Assembly (NCBI GenBank): GCA_044345055.1
Contig: JBIJBT010000022.1
Coordinates: forward strand, 1 to 36,431
Reading direction: 5' to 3'
Origin: Bdellovibrionota bacterium
GTDB lineage: Bacteria > Bdellovibrionota_C > UBA2361 > OMIW01
DNA: 36,431 nt
Part shown: positions 9,642 through 17,647 of the stretch, piece by piece
Layout of the letters: each line of letters begins with the position of its first letter
Numbering within the stretch: the first letter of the stretch is position 1
Translations under genes and position numbers: made by a program
The notes under the pieces: model-generated
Database searches by the model: none
The model's input: the letters and a program-made list of their open reading frames with translations, nothing else
What the model was told of the DNA's origin: nothing

Positions 9642-10871
9642 ATGGGAGAAGGGTCCGGGGAGCTGCGTTCGCATACGTTGTCGAACGGTTTGGTTTTGTT
9701 AGGTGAGGTAAATCCTCGAGCAGATACTGCGGCGGTGGGATTTTTTGTAAAAACGGGCTCCCGCGATGAGACTGCGAGAGAGGCAGGGGTATCGCACTTC
9801 CTTGAACATATGATGTTCAAAGGAACACCGAATCGAACCTCGTTGGATATCACCTACGAATTGGGAAATATTGCAGCGCGGGCAAATGCTTTTACATCAG
9901 AGGAGTGCACCGTTTACTATGGCGGAATCGTTCCCTCTTTTTTCACCCGCATGCACCATCTTCTCTGTGATATGTTGCGACCGTCGCTCGACAAAGATGA
10001 ATATGCGATGGAAAAAAAGGTCATTCTCGAAGAGATAGCGCTCTATCTAGATAAGCCCGGATTCTTTTTACGGGAAAAAGCTCAGGAGGATTTTTTTCGT
10101 GGGCATACGGCGGGCAACTCTGTACTTGGTTCTCGCGAGTCGATAACTGCGCTATCTCGTGATGAGATGGATAGTTACTTTAAGCGGCGCTATGTGCCGA
10201 GTAACATGGTGCTTGCAGCGGCGGGTAAGTTTGATTGGGAGCGATTCATCGCTGATTCGGAAGAGCTGTGCGGTGGTTGGCAAACCGGTAATGCGCCGCG
10301 CGACACACCCCGTCATACACCAACCTCTGGAGGTCTAACTCTACATCGCCCCAATCTCAAGCAGTCGTACCTTGTCTTAATGTGTCCGAGCGCGAGTGTT
10401 CAGGATGATGAGCGAGCATCGCTTGCGCTCCTAGCATCGCTTCTCAACGATAGCTCGGTTGAGGGTGCGTATTGGAAGTTAGTTCATACCGGTATCGCCG
10501 AGTCTGCTTGGGCTGATCTCTCTGAGCGGGATGGGTGCGGATATTTTGAGCTTGGTCTATGCGTAGAGCCTGAAACGCTCGAACAGGCGCGTGAAATATT
10601 GCTTGAGGTTGTAAAATCCCCTATCAAGCTCGATGAAGCGGACCTTGAGCGGGCAAAGACTCGAACTATCTCGAGGATGGTGTTGAATGATGAGCTTCCG
10701 ATGGGGAGAATGATGGATTTAGGACTGACCTATCTTGCGCGTGGGCGGATGAGAACCCTCGATGAGGCGATTCAGGAGATAGCATCAGTAACAGTGCCCT
10801 CTATTCGTGCAGCGCTTGAGCGGTATCCGCTTCAGGGCTGGCTGGAATATCGACTGCTTCCAGAGATGTGA
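9642..10871 (+). CDS. M16 family zinc metallopeptidase, catalytic subunit
   Basis: GSRDE...GVSHFLEHMMFKGT (HxxEH), NAFTS, EKKVILEE; ATG 9642 after GAGGAG (alternative ATG 9630). Confidence 0.92.
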   Translation: MGEGSGELRSHTLSNGLVLLGEVNPRADTAAVGFFVKTGSRDETAREAGVSHFLEHMMFKGTPNRTSLDITYELGNIAARANAFTSEECTVYYGGIVPSFFTRMHHLLCDMLRPSLDKDEYAMEKKVILEEIALYLDKPGFFLREKAQEDFFRGHTAGNSVLGSRESITALSRDEMDSYFKRRYVPSNMVLAAAGKFDWERFIADSEELCGGWQTGNAPRDTPRHTPTSGGLTLHRPNLKQSYLVLMCPSASVQDDERASLALLASLLNDSSVEGAYWKLVHTGIAESAWADLSERDGCGYFELGLCVEPETLEQAREILLEVVKSPIKLDEADLERAKTRTISRMVLNDELPMGRMMDLGLTYLARGRMRTLDEAIQEIASVTVPSIRAALERYPLQGWLEYRLLPEM

Positions 10872-10909
10872 GTAGGGTGTTAGTGCGAACTATATGAGCT
10901 TTTTAGGTA

Positions 10910-11530
10910 GTGGCGATGAATAGTAATCCGGAAAAAAATGATGATCCTCAGCACGCTGCTGAGCTGTCCCCGCAGGAAACTTTAGAGTACGGGGAGCTTG
11001 AGGCAGATGAGCCGATTGAAGCGGACGATGAGAGTGAAAGAGATGATAGCGAGAGAGATGATATCGAGGATGATGAAGATCACGAGTGCGCCGAGCATGA
11101 GGAGGTAGCTTCGCAAGAAGAGGTTGCTCGGAAAGCGGCTGAACAGCGAGAGATAGAGCAGGAAGAGAAACTGCAACAACAGAGAAGGCGCGGGCCTGAA
11201 GTTAATTCAGTGCAGGAATTGATTGCGACTTTGCCAGCGTGGGCTCGAAATCACGCGCAGCTTCTTAAGGGGCACCTCACCGGGGTTGTGGCGTTGATTA
11301 CTACCGATCCTCATCGAGCATATCGGATTGATTGGAGCGGTGATCGATTGGTGGCGGAGGCGGGAGACGCCCAAACTGCCGATTGTCGCGTTACCCTTAG
11401 TCAGAGCGACCTTATGCGGGTTGTTCGAGGAGAGTTTAATCCACAGATCGGCATGCTTTCGGGTCGCATCAAAGCGAGTGGCAATCCCGAGATGGCGATG
11501 TATCTTTTTAATCTTATTGTTCGTCGCTGA
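10910..11530 (+). CDS. SCP2 sterol/lipid-binding domain protein with acidic disordered N-terminus
   Basis: C-terminal ADCRVTL...DL...GEFNPQIGMLSGRIKASGN is SCP2-like; N-terminal half rich in D/E. Confidence 0.8.
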   Translation: MAMNSNPEKNDDPQHAAELSPQETLEYGELEADEPIEADDESERDDSERDDIEDDEDHECAEHEEVASQEEVARKAAEQREIEQEEKLQQQRRRGPEVNSVQELIATLPAWARNHAQLLKGHLTGVVALITTDPHRAYRIDWSGDRLVAEAGDAQTADCRVTLSQSDLMRVVRGEFNPQIGMLSGRIKASGNPEMAMYLFNLIVRR

Positions 11531-11548
11531 CGGTTCGAAGGTTTTGTC

Positions 11549-12700
11549 ATGATTGCGAGTCTCGATGGAGTTTCCTGGGGTCAGGATGCGTTTGGAGTAC
11601 AGACTGAAAAGGCGCGGCTCCTCGCCAATGGGCGGGCGGTGTGTGACCTTTCGATGGTCAATCCTGATATTGCACCACCTAGGTTTTTGATTGATACCCT
11701 GAGTGAGGCTGCGGTTAAGGGCGCAAATCATCGGTATGCGGTTTCTCGGGGTGTTCGCAAGCTGCGCGAAGCGCTATCTCAACGGTACGACGGAGTATTC
11801 GGGGTATCTCTCTCCCCTGAAACCGATGTGTGTGTCACCTTGGGTAGTAAAGATGCCCTCACCCAGATAGCTCTCGTTTTACTCGAGCGTGGGGATGATA
11901 TTTTGGTTGGTGAGCCGACATACGCAGCATTTCGCTTTGTCGCTGAGTATGCGGGGTTGCAGGTGCGGAGTTTTTCGCTCTCCTATGATGAAGAGGAGAT
12001 GCTCTCCAATCTGACTGCTGCAATGGAAGAGAAGCCGGCGCGGGCGATTTTTCTCAATTTCCCGAACAACCCGACGGGGCAGTCGGTGTCGGAGGATTTT
12101 TACCGTTCGGTTCTCGCGGTTGCTCGTCGTTCTGGAACGATCGTGGTCAATGATTTTGTCTACGGAGAGATGACCTATTCGGGTAATCCTGCGGTCAGTC
12201 TTTTAAGTGTCGCAGAGCGTGGTGATGCTGCGCTCGAAACGTATAGTCTTTCAAAGGCATTTAGTGTTCCGGGATGGCGGGTCGGTGCAGTGATGGGAGC
12301 GAGCCATCTTGTGCGAGAGATCGCGATTGCGAAATCACGGGTCGATTATGGCCTTTTTCTGCCTATTCAGATCGCTGCTGCCGCTGCATTAAGCTCGCAA
12401 GAGCCGTTTGTAAGTCAGATTACGGAGCGGTATCGCAAGCGAGCCGAGGTGTTGACCCGAGTTCTTCGGAGCGTTGGGTGGGAGGTCACTTTTCCCTCGG
12501 CGGGAGCTTCGATCTGGGCGAAGATACCGGAGCGTTGCCGCGCTGAGGGAAGCGATCGGGTTATTCAACGGCTGGTCGGCCGGGGAGTCGTCGCGACAGG
12601 AGAGTCATTCTTTGGGTCGTCTCGGGATGGGTTTGTTAGATTTGCGTTAGTTGCTGCCGAGGATCGATTGCTGCAGCTGGAAGAGGTGTTGCGGGTATGA
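11549..12700 (+). CDS. PLP-dependent class I/II aminotransferase (AlaC/DapL-like)
   Basis: LNFPNNPTG, NDFVY, SLSKAFSVPGWRVG (PLP lysine), GFVRFAL. Confidence 0.92.
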   Translation: MIASLDGVSWGQDAFGVQTEKARLLANGRAVCDLSMVNPDIAPPRFLIDTLSEAAVKGANHRYAVSRGVRKLREALSQRYDGVFGVSLSPETDVCVTLGSKDALTQIALVLLERGDDILVGEPTYAAFRFVAEYAGLQVRSFSLSYDEEEMLSNLTAAMEEKPARAIFLNFPNNPTGQSVSEDFYRSVLAVARRSGTIVVNDFVYGEMTYSGNPAVSLLSVAERGDAALETYSLSKAFSVPGWRVGAVMGASHLVREIAIAKSRVDYGLFLPIQIAAAAALSSQEPFVSQITERYRKRAEVLTRVLRSVGWEVTFPSAGASIWAKIPERCRAEGSDRVIQRLVGRGVVATGESFFGSSRDGFVRFALVAAEDRLLQLEEVLRV

Positions 12701-13848
12701 ATTATCGCGCAGGTGGTATAGCGGCTGGGGTTGGGCTCGTCGTGATGACTATCGCGACCGGCGCGCTAGCTGCTGATCCGGAGGTTGAAAAAAAAGGTGA
12801 TAACGAAGGGTGTCGCCGAGCGGTCGAGATAACCGTTCAGGCGGTCAAAGCGATCGATGCAGTAGAAGAGGAGAGGCTCTATTCGGAGGCGATTACAGCG
12901 TGCGCAACACTTGCGGAGGCGCGCTATAACCGAGCGTTACTTTATAGGCGGCAAGAAAAACGGGAGCTCGCGCTTCGCGATCTCACAAAAGCGCTCGAGG
13001 TCAGAGATGATGATCGATTTCGGATTGCTCGTGGGCGAGTTCACGGTGAGCTGCAGCAGTTTGAGGAGGCGCGTGCTGATTTTAACGCGGTGCTGAATCG
13101 TTCTCCCACCGATGGAGGAGCGCTTATCGGGTTAGCAACCGTTGTCGAGGCGCAGGGCGATAGGGCACAAGCGATTCATCTTCTCGAGCGGGGCAGGGAG
13201 GCCGATCCAACGAGCGCGTTAATTCGATTTAATCTTGGTGTTTTGTACGAACTGTCTGGCCGGATGAACGAGGCGGATGGCGAGTATACGCGCTCAACGG
13301 AGCTCGATGCGTATAATGGGGAGGCTTGGTACCGGCGAGGGTTGTTGTTAACTGCGCGGGGTGAGGGTGAACGGGGTGTCGCGGCGTTCGAGCGCGCTAT
13401 TAGTGCTGGTGGGGATATTGAAATTCAGGCGCGGGTATCTCTTGCGCGGCTCTTTAGAGAGAGAAAAGCATTTGAAAAGGCTGAGCTTGTCCTTCGTAGG
13501 GGGCTTGAACATTCCCGAGATAGTCAGCCCCTTCAGAGGGAGCTTTCCGGGGTTCTATTTGACCAGGGAAGGTTTGAACAGGTGGTTGAGGTTGCGGGGG
13601 CAGCGCTCGTCGCGGAGCCTCGTCAGCCGCATCTTCTGCTCCTAAAGGGTTCCGCAGAACGGCGTCTCGGTAGGTTGGAGGCTGCCAAGCGCTCTCTTCG
13701 GGAGGCAGAGGCGCTAGACGGAAAAAACTCCGCTGTACATTCCGAGCTCGCTCTTCTATTTCGAGCACTTGGCCGTAGTGATGAATCGTCTCGACATGCG
13801 CTGGTATCAAAAGAATTGGAACAATTATCTATGGTGCCGAGAGAGTAG
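12697..13848 (+). CDS. Tetratricopeptide-repeat protein with N-terminal signal peptide
   Basis: Repeated TPR consensus (ARYNRALLY, IRFNLGVLY, AWYRRGLL); ATGA overlap with the upstream gene. Confidence 0.9.
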   Translation: MNYRAGGIAAGVGLVVMTIATGALAADPEVEKKGDNEGCRRAVEITVQAVKAIDAVEEERLYSEAITACATLAEARYNRALLYRRQEKRELALRDLTKALEVRDDDRFRIARGRVHGELQQFEEARADFNAVLNRSPTDGGALIGLATVVEAQGDRAQAIHLLERGREADPTSALIRFNLGVLYELSGRMNEADGEYTRSTELDAYNGEAWYRRGLLLTARGEGERGVAAFERAISAGGDIEIQARVSLARLFRERKAFEKAELVLRRGLEHSRDSQPLQRELSGVLFDQGRFEQVVEVAGAALVAEPRQPHLLLLKGSAERRLGRLEAAKRSLREAEALDGKNSAVHSELALLFRALGRSDESSRHALVSKELEQLSMVPRE

Positions 13849-13872
13849 TTTACTTTTTTTGCCCGTTATTTA

Positions 13873-14119
13873 GTTGGCCCTGAAAAACCCCTCCATGGGT
13901 TTTTCAGGGCGGCTCCAAGCACACAAAATCGCTTCTAGCGCGATTTTGTGTGCGTCGCCCAAACGTCTATCGACGTTTGCCGGACCCTTCCTGGTCCGGA
14001 GTGCTCCCTGAAATTGCAACTTTCTGAGCATAGCTGCTCAAAAAGTTGCAAAATCTTGCTTTTAAAAATCGTATTTTTAAAAGCAAGATTAGGTAGTTAT
14101 ACTCTTTTTCAGGGAGCAC
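13873..14119 (+). mobile_element. MITE-like multi-palindrome repeat, copy 1 (247 bp)
   Basis: Imperfect terminal IRs GTTGGCCCTGAAAAA / TTTTTCAGGGAGCAC (12 of 15 match), TA on both sides; six internal hairpins plus an enclosing stem; 6 substitutions versus copy 2. Repeat is certain, mobility is inferred. Confidence 0.75.
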
Positions 14120-14228
14120 TATTTAGACCCCCCAAGAGATGTGAGTTCATATTTCTAGAAAGTCCTCGGACTTCCACCCTTCTTAGAATTGGGCAAGTTT
14201 ATAAAAATTTTGGGTCCTTAACACTTAA

Positions 14229-15638
14229 ATGGCTCTTATTCCCTGCCCCCGTATCCTAATAGCGGGCACCTCGTCTGGTGTGGGAAAATCTTTTATTTCT
14301 CTAGGTATTGTTGTTGCACTTATTCAACGTGGGATAAGTGTTTCCGTTTGTTTGCATGGAGTTCGACTCCCGCAGGCGATTCTTTATCGAAGGATTACAC
14401 TTCGCCAACCATACATTCTTGATCCCCAACTTCTAACGGATGCGCAGATTCTCCGCGCGGTGCGTTCGGCTGGAGTAGGGGCCGATATCGTCGTTATTGA
14501 TGGAAATCTTGGGCTCTTTGATGGACGCGATCCGACAACGTGGGAGGGTTCTGATGCGCGAATAGCAGAGCTTTTAGGAGCCCCCGTAGCTCTTGTCTTT
14601 GATGGCGGCATTTTTGACGCGAGCTCAGGGGCACTCGTTAAGGGTTTTTCACACGGTGCTAAGGGGCAGTTTTCCATTGAGGGAGCTATCGCAAATTGGC
14701 TTGATTCGGCTGCGTTTCCGAATCGAGATCGCCAGTTTTTCGAGAAGACTCTTACCTCCTTTGATGCGCCTCAGCTTCTTGGAGCAATTCCGATATTTCC
14801 TCAGGCAACAGCCGAGGAAAACGCATTGCCGGGAGTAAGTGTCGAGCAGGATAAAAATCGCACTGTGATCGGTCATTCGTTTATTCTCGAGGCCTCAAAA
14901 TGGATTGCAAAATCGGTTGATGTTGATGCACTGGTTGAGATTGCCCGTCGAGCGGCGCCGCTAAGTGTCGCCGATGAAGACGAGCGTAATCCCCCAAAGA
15001 GGCGGTGTCGCATCGCCGTAAGTGACGATAGCTGCTTTCATCTTGGTTTTCCGAACAACCTCGATCTTCTTAGGTTCTATGGAGCTGAATTGCTCTCGTT
15101 TTCCCCACTTGCGGATTCGCGCCTTCCCGATCGGATTGGTGGCGTTTATCTTACGGGAGCCTATTTATCGGAGTATGGTGCGGAGCTTGCCGGAAACAGT
15201 GATATGCGAGCGGCACTAAAGGCATTCGTAGCTCGGGGGGGGCTTGTATACGCCGAGGGAGGAGGGGCTGCGTTTCTCTGTGAAGAGTTCATTGGCAGCG
15301 GCGGAGAGGGCCCGCTTGCTGGAATTGGAGTACTTAAAGGGCGCGCACGATCTGTTAAGGCTGAGGTTGATTATATCGCTCTTGAGGCGGTTTGTCCCTC
15401 TTTTCTGGGTGAGCAGGGAACGGTAGTGCGGGGTGTTGATTCTAGTGAGTGGCTTTTTGAGGGGTGGAGTGAAGCTCCCACAGCTGTTATGAAAGAGGTA
15501 TCATCTGGTCGGCGCCGCAGCGCCGAGGTGCTGGCTCTAGGAAACCGTGTTGTCGCAACAACGGCATTCCTGCATTGGGGGTCAGCGCACGAAATCGCGA
15601 GCCGTTTTGTCGAAGAGGCTGAACAGGCGATGCGTTGA
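14229..15638 (+). CDS. Cobyrinate a,c-diamide synthase (CbiA/CobB)-like protein, degenerate active-site motifs
   Basis: PRILIAGTSSGVGKS P-loop, IDGNLGLFDG, RIAVSDD..F, FSPL.D..LP; catalytic ECGG replaced by EGGG. Confidence 0.82.
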   Translation: MALIPCPRILIAGTSSGVGKSFISLGIVVALIQRGISVSVCLHGVRLPQAILYRRITLRQPYILDPQLLTDAQILRAVRSAGVGADIVVIDGNLGLFDGRDPTTWEGSDARIAELLGAPVALVFDGGIFDASSGALVKGFSHGAKGQFSIEGAIANWLDSAAFPNRDRQFFEKTLTSFDAPQLLGAIPIFPQATAEENALPGVSVEQDKNRTVIGHSFILEASKWIAKSVDVDALVEIARRAAPLSVADEDERNPPKRRCRIAVSDDSCFHLGFPNNLDLLRFYGAELLSFSPLADSRLPDRIGGVYLTGAYLSEYGAELAGNSDMRAALKAFVARGGLVYAEGGGAAFLCEEFIGSGGEGPLAGIGVLKGRARSVKAEVDYIALEAVCPSFLGEQGTVVRGVDSSEWLFEGWSEAPTAVMKEVSSGRRRSAEVLALGNRVVATTAFLHWGSAHEIASRFVEEAEQAMR

Positions 15639-15654
15639 GTGCGAATGGAGGGCA

Positions 15655-15681
15655 TTCTTCAGGGAGCACTAAAGAGGTTGG
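15655..15681 (+). repeat. 27-bp direct repeat, left copy (element right end + AAAGAG + element left end)
   Basis: TTCTTCAGGGAGCACTAAAGAGGTTGG identical to 15909-15935. Confidence 0.95.
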
Positions 15682-15923
15682 CCCTGAAAAACCCCTCCAT
15701 GGGTTTTTCAGGGCGGCTCCAAGCACACAAAATCGCTTTTAGCGCGATTCTGTGTGCGTCGCCCAAACGTATATAGACGTTTGCCGGACCCTTCCTGGTC
15801 CGGAGTGCTCCCTGAAATTGCAACTTTCTGAGCATAGCTGCTCAAAAAGTTGCAAAATCTTGCTTTTGAAAATCGTATTTTTAAAAGCAAGATTAGGTAG
15901 TTATACTCTTCTTCAGGGAGCAC
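15677..15923 (+). mobile_element. MITE-like multi-palindrome repeat, copy 2 (247 bp)
   Basis: Colinear with 13873-14119, 6 substitutions and no indels; followed by TA. Confidence 0.75.
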
Positions 15924-15935
15924 TAAAGAGGTTGG
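15909..15935 (+). repeat. 27-bp direct repeat, right copy; contains the likely rtcB ribosome-binding site (AAAGAGG)
   Basis: Identical to 15655-15681; GAGG ends 10 nt before the rtcB ATG at 15942. Confidence 0.9.
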
Positions 15936-15941
15936 AACGCC

Positions 15942-17429
15942 ATGGACACTCCGAGAATAGTGGAAACTGAGGATGCATTCGGATTTATTCCTGTCTCAAA
16001 TGGGACGCAGAGGAATATTCCCGTTGTGGGGACTAGGGCGATTCGAGATGCATTTGATCCAGTCTGTATTCAACAGGCGATAACTGCGCGATGTTCGCCC
16101 GGCGTTTCGGAACTGATACTCAATCCTGATGCGCACGTTGGTTACGGGGCGCCGATCGGATGTGTCCTTGTTTCCCCCTCTCATATATACCCTGGTCCTG
16201 TTGGGTTTGACATCAAATGCTCCATGAGCCTCCTTCAGCTCGACCTGCCCGAAAAGGTGATTGCAGAGAAATCGGTTCGCCGATCGCTTATCGGTGCGAT
16301 CGAAAAACGGCTCCCCACTGGTCCCGGAAAGGGGCAGCGATCGGTGCCGCAATCGCGCTATATTTCGCGGGAAAATGGCATCGCGGCGGTTGTTCATGGC
16401 GCCACTCCCGAGGTTTGCTCTGCGCTAGGAATACCGACAGATTGGCGAATGCGGTGTGAGGACGCTTCCCATACAGGACACGATGGAACGGTATCAGCAC
16501 TTGAGAACCGTATGGATCGGCTCCTTAGTGTTGATGTTATCCCTTATCTCGATGAAAAAATGAGTCAGCTCGGCTCGTACGGCGGAGGAAACCACTTTGG
16601 CGAGTGTAGCGTGGTGCGAATTGCCAAAGGGGAGCGAGCGCACCGTGTTGCTGCGGCTTTTGGATTAAGGGAGGGAGCTGTTGCGTTTCTTTCTCACTGC
16701 GGTTCTCGTGGTTTTGGATATGCCCTTGCGTCCCGTCAATTTAAGCTATTGCAGGAGAGGTTTGAGGAGTGGGCAATACCTTTTCCGGGTGGCGATAAAC
16801 AGCTTGTTTACGCTCCACTTGGTTCTTCGGAAGCAAACGATTATCTCGACGATCTTGCGCTCGGAGGTAATTTTGCGACCCTCAATCATCTTGTCATTAA
16901 CTCCCTAGTGCTCGAAGCGTTTCGGGAGATATTTCCCGGCACTACTGGTTCTCTCATCTATTTTATCAGCCACAATTTTGCTCGTCTTGAGCAGTATCGG
17001 GGCACGCAGTGTTGGGTCCACCGGAAAGGAGCTACCCGTGCCTTTCCAGCGGGACATCCTGGGCTCGTCGGAACTCCATTTGCCGAGATCGGCCACCCTA
17101 TTCTGCTCCCGGGGAATCCTCAGGTTGGCTCGGTGGTGATGGTTGCTGACCCGGGCGCAGAACGCACCTGTTTTAGCATTAATCACGGAGCTGGCCGCGC
17201 TCTTGGTCGGCGGGAGGCGATTCGCACCCTCGACCAGCGCTCGGTAGACGACGAGCTTGCTGCCCACGATATCCTGACTAACTGCCGCCACTATCCTAAG
17301 GACGAAGCCCCTGCCGCGTACAAGCCATTCGAAGAGGTGTTGCAATCGGTCCAAAAAGCGGGGCTAGCCTCCCCGGTTGCATCGCTCCAACCCCGCTTTG
17401 TGATTAAAGATGCAGAAAAGGGGAGGTGA
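15942..17429 (+). CDS. rtcB: RtcB-family RNA ligase (3'-phosphate/5'-OH)
   Basis: PDAHVGYGAPIG, GFDIKC, GSYGGGNHFGE, HCGSRG, SHN, HRKGAT, NHGAGR, DEAPAAYK motifs. Confidence 0.95.
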   Translation: MDTPRIVETEDAFGFIPVSNGTQRNIPVVGTRAIRDAFDPVCIQQAITARCSPGVSELILNPDAHVGYGAPIGCVLVSPSHIYPGPVGFDIKCSMSLLQLDLPEKVIAEKSVRRSLIGAIEKRLPTGPGKGQRSVPQSRYISRENGIAAVVHGATPEVCSALGIPTDWRMRCEDASHTGHDGTVSALENRMDRLLSVDVIPYLDEKMSQLGSYGGGNHFGECSVVRIAKGERAHRVAAAFGLREGAVAFLSHCGSRGFGYALASRQFKLLQERFEEWAIPFPGGDKQLVYAPLGSSEANDYLDDLALGGNFATLNHLVINSLVLEAFREIFPGTTGSLIYFISHNFARLEQYRGTQCWVHRKGATRAFPAGHPGLVGTPFAEIGHPILLPGNPQVGSVVMVADPGAERTCFSINHGAGRALGRREAIRTLDQRSVDDELAAHDILTNCRHYPKDEAPAAYKPFEEVLQSVQKAGLASPVASLQPRFVIKDAEKGR

Positions 17430-17647
17430 TGATAAGGGCTCGCCTTGTTATTTCAATAGCTTAGCCTACCCCTCTGAATGACCCCTTGTTTTTTCGATTG
17501 TGGTTTTATAGCCTATCACAGATTTTTACGTTGTTTGGTTATCAAGCTCCCCCTCTGGTCGATGTTTTGTCCAGGGAAGTTATGAGGAGTGTCGGGTGGT
17601 GATAGGGTGGCAGGGCAACTACGATTTGCCCGCCTCGTTCTAAGAGA

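Noticed and set aside
13948..14259. ORFs inside the repeat copies (13948..14259, 15752..15970, 15487..15726, 15708..15923, 26293..26568, 26382..26582, 26492..26710) that look like a paralogous peptide family
   Set aside because: Their similarity comes only from the DNA repeat. They have weak starts, their ends differ outside the element, and they occur on both strands and in several frames.
13873..15935. Repeats as a CRISPR array, integron attC sites or tRNA
   Set aside because: No regular repeat-spacer period or cas genes, no convincing RYYYAAC...GTTRRRY attC architecture or intI, and no cloverleaf with T-loop GTTCRA.
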